Shown: positions 13,569 through 25,858 of the stretch, in pieces
How the letters are laid out: the number at the start of each line of letters is the position of its first letter
Position numbering within the stretch: the first letter of the stretch is position 1
Assembly: GCA_964016885.1 (NCBI GenBank)
Contig: OZ024740.1
Coordinates: 378,386,001 to 378,450,000, forward strand
Reading direction: 5' to 3'
From: Eledone cirrhosa
Taxonomy: Eukaryota
DNA: 64,000 bases
Notes under the pieces: model-generated
Seen by the model: only the letters and a program-made list of their open reading frames with translations
Database searches by the model: none
Told to the model about the DNA's origin: nothing
Translations under genes and position numbers: made by a program

Positions 13569-16500
13569 ATATATAGTGAAAAATAATTGGCAGTATTTAA
13601 TTCAAATGAATTAAGCATTTTGGAGAAGAATAGGAATTTGAAATTTACAAATGTTTATCTTACCTGATGTTCATACGATTCAGAGGTACATGATGACTGT
13701 GGTCTTGCACAGTTTTGGAACTGAGGTGCTTTGAAACGTGTCCTCACCACTTTAATCCAGACAGTTAAATCATTAAGCAAATACATTTAGGCAATTGATT
13801 AAAGTAAAATAAGTTTTCTTGGATTTCTTTTTCTTAACCTATTTTTAATTAATTTGTGAATAAACCTTAATTTTGTGAACAGATGGAATAAATTAAAATT
13901 TTTGAATTCTTGGATATCTTTAGATTTTATAAAATGACTATTAAGATCATTGTTGTTTATGTGGTTGGTATTTTATCATTTTTTAAATAGTTGTTTACTA
14001 TTTTTGATAGTGATACTTTTTTATAGTATGGTTTGCTTTAGGCAATAACCACATCTGATTTAGAGATGGCAGAGTAAGAATATCAAGTAAAGACAATTGA
14101 GTGCATATTTTTCACTTTGTGGATGGTACTATCCAGAAAATTATTAGGTTTTAGCCAACTTCCTCACAAATAAGAAAATTTGATAATGATGTAATGTCTT
14201 AAATGACTTACATTAAATAAAGTAAAAAAAATTCCTTTTGATTTGGTGTTTTACTTCAGTACTTCACAAACTGTTTCGAAAAATATTTATCTAATAACTG
14301 TTAGAAAGAAAAACTAATGTAAAAATGATGAAGTCTTTCTTCTCATATATATAAATATGGAAATGTTTTAAATAAAACATATTAATATTATCATCATCAA
14401 TAAGAAAAAAATATAAGCAGAACTCAGAAGAGTGACAAGTGTTATAGATTCCATTTCCGAAGATTTGCCTTTGAAGATAATGTAGTTTATTCCATTCAAC
14501 TTTATGTTCAATAGCATTTTCCTCTTCTAACATTTGTTAACAATAATGATTCATATTTATTTAAAGATTTCCTTTGAATCTCTTATTCCTGGTGTAGTTT
14601 GTGTTATTCATTTCCTTCCTTTAAATTTCAAATAAGTATATAATGTAAACAAATATAAACCTTTAACATCACTGGTTCCTTAGAGCATCCTGAGTCTTTT
14701 GGTTTGGTTTTAGTCAACATATCAACAGAACATTGTATATTTTGCTTAGATAATCCAGCAGAAATGAAACTGAGATGTTAAGCCAAGTTGTGTATGAATA
14801 GTTTTTCCATTAAAGGCTAAAGGAAGACAGTTGTGATATGCTATATATATTTACAATAATTATTTGCTTGCAGTTATTGAGAGAGTACCAAGTAAGATTT
14901 ACAATTTGAAACCTAGTAGTAATCACAGATACTGATATCCAATCATTAACTATATGAAGGTGAAAAGAAGGAACGAATTAAGTGGATTCATTTTAATTTA
15001 AAAAGAATAGATAAAAATTCTCTAACACCTGGAAAGTAGTTTTGAGAGAAATAGTAATGGCAAAATATAGATTTCTGCTTATTTTACCTGTAGCCACTTT
15101 CAATATAAGTTATATATTTTTTTAAACAGATATACTTGAAAATAAAATAAAATAAAAAAAAAAACAATCACCAACCAAACGCTATCAAATTTATATATAT
15201 TTATGTCATTTGCTATGGATATGAATAATGGAATAACCTAATTTATAAAGCAGTTCTTTTTGAATTTATTCCAAGTAAAGAATACTAAGTATATAAAACT
15301 TTTATTAATCTCTTTATACCTTATACAAATTATGAAAACACGTAATTGAGAACTTGTAATAATATTTACCAGCATTTATACTCCAAATATGTACAGTTCT
15401 AATAATCTTTATCGACTGGGAAATGAAAGAGTAATTACTTTTCAAGTCACATTGCTTAATTTTAACAGTATAGTTTATATAACTGTAGAATTGACATTGT
15501 AATCTGTATGTTTCTTGTATATATTCAAAACTGTCTGTCATGCTCTTTCTCCCTCTTATTCATATGAAATATCAAGTTGTCAAATATTATGATAAAAACA
15601 ATTCAAAGAAAATATTGAGTTTAAATGAAGTGTTTCTTTTGATAATTTTAAACTTAAATTTAAAAAGACTTTGTTTAGTAATTATTTTCCTATATCTGCA
15701 TTCATAGTTTTGAAATTATTCTATGAAATAGAGTTCTTTTACCTACTTAACACTTTCTTGGTGAAACAATTCAATGGGTTATGACATTAAACTTTAAATT
15801 GGAAATCGCTTAGCTATTACTAACCAAAAGCAAAGTGTTGAAATATCAAAATATTTTTGAGTTAGTAAGTATCAATTTCTAACAAAAACTTAGATTTAAA
15901 ATATTTTTCCTTAATTAGAATTTTCTTATTTTATGTGGGCCCTTAAACTCTACATAATGAATTACAACACATACAAAACACTCTCTTCAGTAAAATAGCT
16001 TTATTCATAAGCTAGTATCAAAAGTAAGCATTTGACTGAGGTATATAATATGGAGGACAATTTTTATATGCTGCTTGTTTAAAATCCAGAGCCTCTGTAC
16101 CGTGATTTTAGGTTCCCATGATAATAATGATTTTTTTTTGGAAGGGCGTGGTGTGGCTGTGCAAAAAAAAAAAATTATCTATTTAATCTCATGTAAATTT
16201 AATTTGTATGCAAGAATATTATTTCAAATTCAGAATGAAACTAAACCAAGTCATTATTTAAATTTGAATAAAGGAACCCTCTCTCTCAGAGGGCCAACTG
16301 TTTCTAAATATCAGCTGCATAAATCTGACCAGATAAGAGTGCCTGAAATGGATATAAGGATTGTCCCGATTTGTTTAGGCTAAATATAAAAAATACAAAC
16401 TGTTTGCATGCAACCATAAAAAATGTATGAATCGTACTAAGAGTAAACTAATATACCTTTAGTGTACCAAAGAAACTAAACAATATCAACAACATGATCA

Positions 16501-17861
16501 ATGTTTGCAATACAGATTGTCATAGTCTATAATTATATAACAAAACAAACATGTAATGGCCAAGAAGAGTGCCCCCCCCCCCTCCACACACACACACACA
16601 CACACACATCAAAATTACGATCTTGAAATTTGATATGTATTCTCCTAGACAGCTGTCCCTCACATGTGTTGCAATCCAACCATGACTTATGTATGCAACA
16701 AACTACTCTCCACCAAACTTTCTTTCTTCAAAGAGTCACTATCTAGAAAATATATACTTTTTTCAGCTTATAATAATTTCGTAGTTAAAGTACTGATCAA
16801 GAAACTTGATATCTTTTTTACTACCTTAACTTATGAAACTTACCATTGAGTGCAGGATAACATTTGTACTATACTATATTTTTCTACAAAATCATTATAC
16901 TAACATACAATTTTGTTATTATATAGAGTTTAAATGCTTCATTCTATCACATTCTTATTAGATTAATTACTTACTAAAGTATTGCCTTCGTTCCCAAATA
17001 ACATTAACATTTAATTTAATTAGTATTGTGCCATATCAAAATAATGAACAAATATTTAGACAAAATAAAAATGTCAATGCTATTGAGGTTTTACTAGGTG
17101 TATTTACTTGCTGGAGAGTAGTCATTGAATTGGTGCATGTAGAAATTCAATGATGGAGCACTTGCATTATTTTTCAAGTCTACAGTAAATATTGTAGAGT
17201 ATTTGAAAATGTATAGTGAGCTGAGCCATTTTGAACACTTGGCTGTAGCCATGTATATTGTTCTGGATCTTGGTAAAAATATGAATGTTAAGACTTTCCA
17301 AATTCTTATAATCTTTCAAATGACTGAGTACGAGTAAAATAATTACGATTTGTCCATATATAGATATTAGATGAATGGAATTGCAGACAAAACCAAATGG
17401 ATTATTGAGAAACAAGTTTGTTCTGAAAATTGTACATATGTAATACAATGAGCATAAAGTTATTTACATCATGGTAGAAAACTTACAGCAGAGGTTTAAT
17501 GACAAGAATACAACACAGCATTGCTATGCATAAATAGGTATATAAATTTCTATACAACATATATTTAATATTGCTGTGAAAATATAATTATATATATATA
17601 TATTAGAAAGTGAACAACACAAAATATAACTACTCCATTACAATTAAATAGCTCTGTTCTATTCATAGAGCACTCTTTTTTCCTTTGCCTTTCCTTTGGA
17701 ATTATGTAAAACATATATATATATATGTATATATATATAAAATCATCACCATGGTTTGACTGGGTCTTTGTCTGCTCAGCCTCACTCCACTCATTGTGGC
17801 CCTTTGTCATCTCCTCTGGGAGTCTCAGTTTACATAAGTTGTAAATAAATTACTCCAGCAG

Positions 17862-18108
17862 CTTAGCCCTTCATCATTTACATTACTCTATATTTACTAT
17901 TGTATTTTCACAGTAAAGGCTTTATCTCACATAATTATCCCACATAATTATCCCACATAATTATCCCACATAATTATCCCACATAATATTGAATCCATGA
18001 GATTTTGATATTATTTATTTTGAGATCAACGCCTTAACATCAGTATAAGCAGCTGGTTTGAACAGAAAGAGGTGAGATAATTCTGGCCAGTTATGGCTAA
18101 AGGGTTAA
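17862..18108. mobile_element. Putative TTAA-type (piggyBac-like) MITE containing a 13-bp minisatellite
   Basis: Ends TTAGCCCTT...AAGGGTTAA; (CACATAATTATCC) about 4.5 copies at 17928-17987. Confidence 0.45.
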
Positions 18109-18374
18109 AGTGAGGAATTATCTGATTAAGTTTGACTTTATTAAAATGCACCAGGGATCATTTGCCTCATAATTCAATTGATGAAATTATGAGGAATTTA
18201 TATTTGTTATTGTTTACAGTTAGTAACAGACCTGTCCCTGGGTTTTGTAAAATGTACTAACTGTAACATACATAATAAATAATTATATATATATATATAA
18301 TATATATATATATAATATATATATATATAATATATATATATATAATATATATATATATTATATATATATAATTA

Positions 18375-18991
18375 TCATCATCATCATCACTGTTTTACGT
18401 CCATTCTTCCATGCTAGCACAGGTTGTCCTGTTGCGGGCAGTGCCAGGTCGGATGACCTTGCTTTGCTCATACGGGAACTGATTTTGGCTTGATTTCTAC
18501 AGCTGGATGCCCTTCCTAACACCAACCTCATTTACAGTGAGTGCTGGGTGCTTTTTTTCTGTGGCGTCTAAACGACCACTTTACAGTGTGGGCTGGGTGC
18601 TTTTTTGTTGTGACACCTCCACGACCACTTTGCAGTGGGAGGGGGTGGGGCATATTGTCTATATGCTTCAGCTTCGGCTTGTACATGTGGGGGTTCGGGT
18701 CTTCTGTATTATTGCGTGACGCCAGAGGTCACGGTCGTGTGACATCGCCTTTGAGAGGTGCAATTGGGTATGGTTTGCTTTTATCACCTAATCCCAAGTC
18801 TTCTTGGGTCTCCTCACTCCAAGGCTTCCATTGACTTCTAGTGCTCTTAACCTTTTTATCCAGCTGTCATCCTTCATATGTCCATACCAACGCAACATCC
18901 TCTCCTGCACACAGAATTTTATTCCTCTTATGCTCAGTCTCTCTCTCAATTCGTTTATGCCTTGCCGTTTGCGTATATTACTATTACGCAT
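18375..18991 (-). mobile_element. 5'-truncated RTE LINE, family A (C-terminus, 3' UTR, (GAT)n tail)
   Basis: ORF 18788-18991 RLSIRGIKFCVQERMLRWYGH; UTR near-identical to 25859-26160 and 53010-53312; (TA)n on both flanks. Confidence 0.92.
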
Positions 18992-19054
<63 letters not shown>

Positions 19055-19109
19055 TATATATATTATATATATATGTATATTATATATATATATTATATAT
19101 ATTATAATA

Positions 19110-19240
19110 AAAACATGGGCGGAGGTGGTGAAACTCACCGAGGAGATGACGACGGACTGTAACAAGTGTAGAGATGCTGTGCTGAATAGGACCCGTCCAA
19201 CCCTTGCAAGCAGAGAAAAGCGGACGTAAAATCATGATGA
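19110..19240 (+). mobile_element. RTE family B 3' end inserted in (TA)n
   Basis: KTWAEVVK..EEMTTDCNKCRDAVL then CCCTTGCAAGCAGAGAAAAGCGGACGTAAAATCATGATGA. Confidence 0.75.
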
Positions 19241-19254
19241 TATATATATGATGA

Positions 19255-19736
19255 CGATATTATATATATTATATATATATATATTACATATATATTATAT
19301 ATATATATATTATATATTATATATATATTATATATATATTACATATATATTATATATATATATTATATATTATATATATATTATATATATATATTATATA
19401 TATATATTATATATTATATATATATATTATATATTATATATATATATTATATATTATATATATATATATATATTATATATATTATATATATATATATTGT
19501 ATATTATATATATTATATATTATATGTTTTATATATTATATATATATATATATATATTTTATATATTATATATATATATTATATATATTATATATTTTAT
19601 ATATTTTATATATATATATTATATATATTATATATATTTTATATATTATATATATATATATATATTATATATATTTTATATATATATATATATATATATT
19701 ATATATTATATATATATATTATATATATTATATATT
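19255..19736. repeat. Interrupted (TA)n/(TATAT)n array
   Basis: Direct reading. Confidence 0.95.
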
Positions 19737-20120
19737 ATCATCATCATCATTTCATTTTACGTCCCCTTTTCCCTGCTTGCAAGGGTGGGACGGGAACTGA
19801 TTCTGGCTTGATTTCTACAGCTGGATGCCCTTCCTAACACCAACCTCATTTACAGTGAGTGCTGGGTGCTTTTTTTCCGTGGCACCTACACGTCCACTTT
19901 ACAGTGTGGGCTGGGTGCTTTTTTGCCGTGGCACCTCCACGACCACTTTGTAGTGGAATGATAGGGACCCCAGTCCCTATCATCTCATTTCTACAACTGA
20001 GTAAACTGGAGCAATGTGAAATAAAGTGTCTTGAAACAACACATCACCCAGTCTGAGAATTGAACTCACAACCTTTCGATTGCAAGGTCAATGCTCTAAC
20101 CACTAACCCATGTGCCTCCA
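19737..20120 (-). mobile_element. Chimeric retroposon: SINE-B head and core, RTE-A 3' UTR, RTE-B terminus
   Basis: 20120-19957 matches SINE B; 19956-19795 matches the RTE-A UTR; 19794-19737 matches the RTE-B end. Confidence 0.8.
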
Positions 20121-20159
20121 TTATATATACATACATACATACATACATACATACATACA

Positions 20160-20195
<36 letters not shown>

Positions 20196-20266
20196 TACAT
20201 ATATACATACATACATATACATACATATATACATATACATACATATATACATACATACATACATAC

Positions 20267-20343
<77 letters not shown>

Positions 20344-20346
<3 letters not shown>

Positions 20347-20688
20347 ACTTACATCGGCATGACCTCCAACACCTTTAAGACCCGCTGGTATGCCCATACC
20401 CACTCCTTCAGAAGACCGGATAAATCAAATCAAACAACACTCGCCTCCTACGTTTGGGACCTCAAAAGGAACTCCACCCCCTTCACGCTTAATTGGAAGA
20501 TACTCCAGAAAGCGCGCTCTTACAACGGAGGACACAAGGGCTGCGACCTTTGTATTTCAGAGAACTACGAAATTTTATTCGCCAAGGGCCCGCTACTGAA
20601 CAAACTCTCTGAACACTGCCCGAACTGCATGCACAAGAACTTTGCAACATTCAAACACTTTAAGCCAGTGTTAAAGCCCGATGGCTAA
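20344..20688 (+). pseudogene. GIY-YIG endonuclease C-terminal half of a Penelope-like element
   Basis: [18 protein letters not shown] (YIG motif plus R and H), CDLCISE, LLNK.SE..PNCMH; open frame but the N-terminus is cut off by (TA)n. Confidence 0.88.
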
Positions 20689-20859
20689 AAACGACCTCCC
20701 CCTATTGGCCCCTATACCTCCTCCCCACCCTACCCCCACCCCTCCTCAACCTGAAATACGGCCACTATGGTCATGTGAGTACCTCTTTTGTATCTACTTT
20801 TTCTGCCTGTAGAGGTGTCTTTATGTGCCTGTGTATATGCGTATATTTATTGAGTACCT

Positions 20860-20937
20860 ATTTACCTGTATGTGTATATATTTGTTTGTATATGTGTATA
20901 TGTGTATGTGTTGTGTGTATATATATATATATATATG

Positions 20938-21010
<73 letters not shown>

Positions 21011-21108
21011 ATATATGTATGTATATATATATGTATATATATATGTTTGTGTGAATATGTGTTTTATGTGTGTATATTTATGTAGGTATATGTTTGTATG
21101 TGTTTGTG

Positions 21109-21139
<31 letters not shown>

Positions 21140-21198
21140 GTGTATATATATGTATGTATATGTGTGTGTGTGTGTGTATATATATGTATATATGTTTG

Positions 21199-21250
<52 letters not shown>

Positions 21251-21286
21251 TGTGTATGTATGTATATGTGTGTGTATATGTTTATG

Positions 21287-21351
<65 letters not shown>

Positions 21352-21610
21352 ATGTGTGTATATGTGTGTGTGTATATATATATATATATGTGTATATGTA
21401 TGTGTTTGTGTGTATGTATATGTATATATGTGTGTATGTGTGTGTATTTGTGAGTGTATATGTACTTATATGTGTGTATGTGTATGTATGTATGTGTATA
21501 TATATGTGTATGTATATGTATATGCATATGTGTATATATATATGTATATATATGTATATATATATATATATATGTGTATGTGTATGTATGTATGTATTTG
21601 TATGTGTGTG

Positions 21611-21645
<35 letters not shown>

Positions 21646-21691
21646 GTGCATGAGAGAGAGAGTGTGTGGGTGTGTGTATGTGTGTATGCGC

Positions 21692-21769
<78 letters not shown>

Positions 21770-21770
21770 A

Positions 21771-21819
<49 letters not shown>

Positions 21820-21918
21820 ATGTATATATGTGTGTGTATATGTGCGTTATATGTCTGTATATATATGTGTATATTTATGTATAGGTCTGTGTATGTATGT
21901 GTATGTTTGTGTATGTAT

Positions 21919-21970
<52 letters not shown>

Positions 21971-22029
21971 TTGTATGCGTGTGTATAGAGAGAGATATAT
22001 ATATATATATATATGTATGTATATGTGTA

Positions 22030-22090
<61 letters not shown>

Positions 22091-22279
22091 GTATATATAT
22101 GTGTGTATGTATGTGTGTATATGTATGTGTATATATGTATATATATATATGTGTTTGTATGTGTGTGTGTATAGATATTTATACATATGTATACTCGTGT
22201 TTGTATGTATGCGTGTGAGTGTATTTATTTGTGTATATATGTGTGTATGTGTGTATGTATGTGTATGTGTGTGTGTATC

Positions 22280-22338
<59 letters not shown>

Positions 22339-22396
22339 ATATGTATGTATGTATGTATATGTGTGTATATATATATGTATATATGTGTGTGTGTGT

Positions 22397-22460
<64 letters not shown>

Positions 22461-22640
22461 GTGCGTATGTATATGTGTATATGTATTATATATGTATGTA
22501 TGTAGGTATGTGTGTATGTATGTGTGTGTACATGAATATATATTTGTATATATTTATATATTTTTTATATATGTGTGTGTGTTTTTATGTGTGTATATGT
22601 GTTTGTGTGTGTGTTTATGCTTGCGCGTAAGTGTGTGAGT
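20860..22640. repeat. Complex (TA)n/(TG)n/(TATG)n microsatellite mosaic
   Basis: Direct reading; it generates the many Y/I/V/C ORFs. Confidence 0.95.
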
Positions 22641-23091
22641 GAGTATGTGTGTTTTTTTGTTTTTTAGGTGTGTTTTTTTGTTTTTCTGTTTTTTTGTTTT
22701 TTTGTGTTTTCTTTGTTTTTTTGTGAATGTGTCTGTTGATTTGGCATATTGTTGATTAGTTTAAGAGAAGTTCGAAGATAATAGTAAGATATGCACTCAG
22801 TATTTTGAATCTGTCTGCAGAACTCCCTAGACCTTTGTCACTTAGTAGAACCTTAATGACTTTAGCTTTTAAAGAATCTCCCTTTTCTTTAATTCTATCG
22901 AGCATGAATGACCCCCCACTGATTTTATAGACATCTGCTAGCTTAAGAGAAACTTATTGACAAGGAATGGTATGGCATCCGGAACCTGTTTATAGAATTC
23001 TGTCTGCCTTTGTTACTCTAAAAACATAAATAAATATAAATTAACTAGAGCTTTGTAGAATTAGCTTTTAATGAATTCCCTTTTCTATCAA

Positions 23092-23153
23092 CCAATGACC
23101 TGCACCCATCCCACTCCCCACCCTCTCCTACCACTTGTAGAGACCTATAAATA
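23092..23153 (+). promoter_or_regulatory. Putative PLE pLTR promoter (CCAAT and TATA)
   Basis: CCAAT 23092-23096 and TATAAATA 23146-23153, about 23 bp upstream of the hammerhead. Confidence 0.45.
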
Positions 23154-23175
23154 CCATATTTATTTTTTGATACCC

Positions 23176-23226
23176 AGATTCCTGATGATTTCTAATGAAT
23201 GAAACAGTTCTAGTCCTGTAGAATCT
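23176..23226 (+). ncRNA. Type I hammerhead ribozyme
   Basis: AGAUUC-CUGAUGA-UUUCUAAUGAAU-GAAA-CAG-UUCUAGUC-CUG-UA-GAAUCU: stem I AGAUUC/GAAUCU, stem III ACAG/CUGU, GUA cleavage triplet at 23218-23220; stem II weak (UUC/GAA). Confidence 0.85.
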
Positions 23227-23356
23227 CATCTATATTAAAACTATATATATATATATCATCAAGTGGTTACACAACAGTTAGTTCACCATACCGAGAACGA
23301 TTGTTTCACCTTAGCGGATCCTCTTCTCGTAATGGTCATGGTTATATGGAATGGCC

Positions 23357-23387
<31 letters not shown>

Positions 23388-24350
23388 ATATATATTATAC
23401 ATATGTATATATGGCCGTATATATTATATATATATATATTATATATGTATATCATATATATATATATTATATATGTATATTATATATATGTATATTACAT
23501 ATATATATATGTATATTATATATATGTATATTATATATATGTATATTATGTATATTATATATATGTATATTATATATATATGTATATTATATATATGTAT
23601 ATTATATATATATATATATTATATATATGTATATTATATATATGTATATTATATATATATATATTATATATATGTATATTATATATATGTATATTATATA
23701 TACATATATTATATATATGTATATTATATATATGTATATTATATATATGTATATTATATATATGTATATTATATATATATATATTATTTATATGTATATT
23801 ATATATATGTATATTATATATATATATATTATATATGTATATTATATATATATATATATATTATATATGTATATTATATATATATTATATATGTATATTA
23901 TATATATATATATATTATATATGTATATCATATATATATATATTATATATGTATATTATATATATGTATATTACATATATATATATTATATATATGTATA
24001 TTATATATATGTATATTATATATATGTATATTATATATATGTATATTATATATATATGTATATTATATATATATGTATATTATATATATGTATATTATAT
24101 ATATATATATTATATATATGTATATTATATATATGTATATTATATATATATATATTATATATATGTATATTATATATATGTATATTATATATATATATAT
24201 TATATATATGTATATTATATATATGTATATTATATATATGTATATTATATATATGTATATTATATATATATATATTATATATATGTATATTATATATATG
24301 TATATTATATATATGTATATTATATATATGTATATTATATATATGTATAT

Positions 24351-24397
<47 letters not shown>

Positions 24398-24896
24398 GTA
24401 TATTATATATATATTATATATGTATATTATATATATATATATATTATATATGTATATCATATATATATATATTATATATGTATATTATATATATGTATAT
24501 TACATATATATATATTATATATATGTATATTATATATATGTATATTATATATATGTATATTATATATATGTATATTATATATATGTATATTATATATATA
24601 TGTATATTATATATATATGTATATTATATATATGTATATTATATATATATATATTATATATATGTATATTATATATATGTATATTATATATATGTATATT
24701 ATATATATGTATATTATATATATATGTATATTATATATATATATATTATATATATGTATATTATATATATGTATATTATATATATGTATATTATATATAT
24801 GTATATTATATATATATATATTATATATATGTATATTATATATATGTATATTATATATATGTATATTATATATATGTATATTATATATATGTATAT

Positions 24897-24943
<47 letters not shown>

Positions 24944-25431
24944 GTATATTATATATATATTATATATGTATATTATATATATATATATATTATATATGTA
25001 TATCATATATATATATATTATATATGTATATTATATATATGTATATTACATATATATATATTATATATATGTATATTATATATATGTATATTATATATAT
25101 GTATATTATATATATGTATATTATATATATGTATATTATATATATATGTATATTATATATATGTATATTATATATATATATATTATATATATGTATATTA
25201 TATATATGTATATTATATATATGTATATTATATATATGTATATTATATATATATATATTATATATATGTATATTATATATATGTATATTATATATATGTA
25301 TATTATATATATGTATATTATATATATATATATTATTTATATGTATATTATATATATGTATATTATATATGTATATTATATATATGTATATTATATATAT
25401 GTATATTATATATATGTATATTATATATATG

Positions 25432-25478
<47 letters not shown>

Positions 25479-25625
25479 GTATATTATATATATATATTAT
25501 ATTTGTATATTCATCATCATCATATATATTATATATGTATATTATATATGTATATTATATATATATATTATATATATATATATATATTATATATGTATAT
25601 TATATATGTATATTATATATATTAT
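23357..25625. repeat. About 2.3 kb minisatellite of about 15-bp TGTATATTATATATA units with a higher-order period of about 480-550 bp
   Basis: Direct reading; the marker pair ATCAT...TTACAT recurs at 23451, 23927, 24456 and 25002. Confidence 0.92.
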
Positions 25626-25858
25626 ACACACACACATATGAAAATGAGAAAACTCATTGCGAGAACAGCCATTAAAACAGTGATGGGTAAAAATGCCTCA
25701 GAGGACAGAGACCAGTGGTCAGTGGTCAGTGGTCAACAGAGAGACAATCCAGCTTGTGGGTGATAGGCAGATGAAATATAGAAAAGTTTGAAAGAAGAGG
25801 ATGCGGTCAATGAGAAGTGTGTTTGTGTACAGATATATATATATATTATTTAAATAAT

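Larger units (their letters stand above)
20342..23241 (+). mobile_element. 5'-truncated Penelope-like element (PLE): GIY-YIG end, microsatellite-rich spacer, pLTR with hammerhead
   Basis: GIY-YIG C-terminal half at the 5' end; CCAAT, TATA and hammerhead at the 3' end, all on the + strand and bounded by (TA)n. That these form one insertion is inferred. Confidence 0.65.

Noticed and set aside
14291-14533. 80-aa ORF MLEEENAIEHKVEWNKLHY
   Set aside because: No recognisable domain or clear splice sites; within chance expectation
17928-17987. Regular 13-bp repeats suggesting a CRISPR-like array
   Set aside because: No spacers and no cas genes; a plain minisatellite in eukaryotic DNA
20775-22638. 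Many 60-296 aa ORFs
   Set aside because: Microsatellite translations
22895-22935. Possible SECIS (ATGA...TGA) in the PLE 3' region
   Set aside because: No convincing helix II or apical AA loop, and no in-frame TGA in the visible ORF
23263-25763. Three overlapping ORFs of 774-820 aa
   Set aside because: The TA/TG minisatellite lacks stop codons; the Y/I/M/C translation is an artefact
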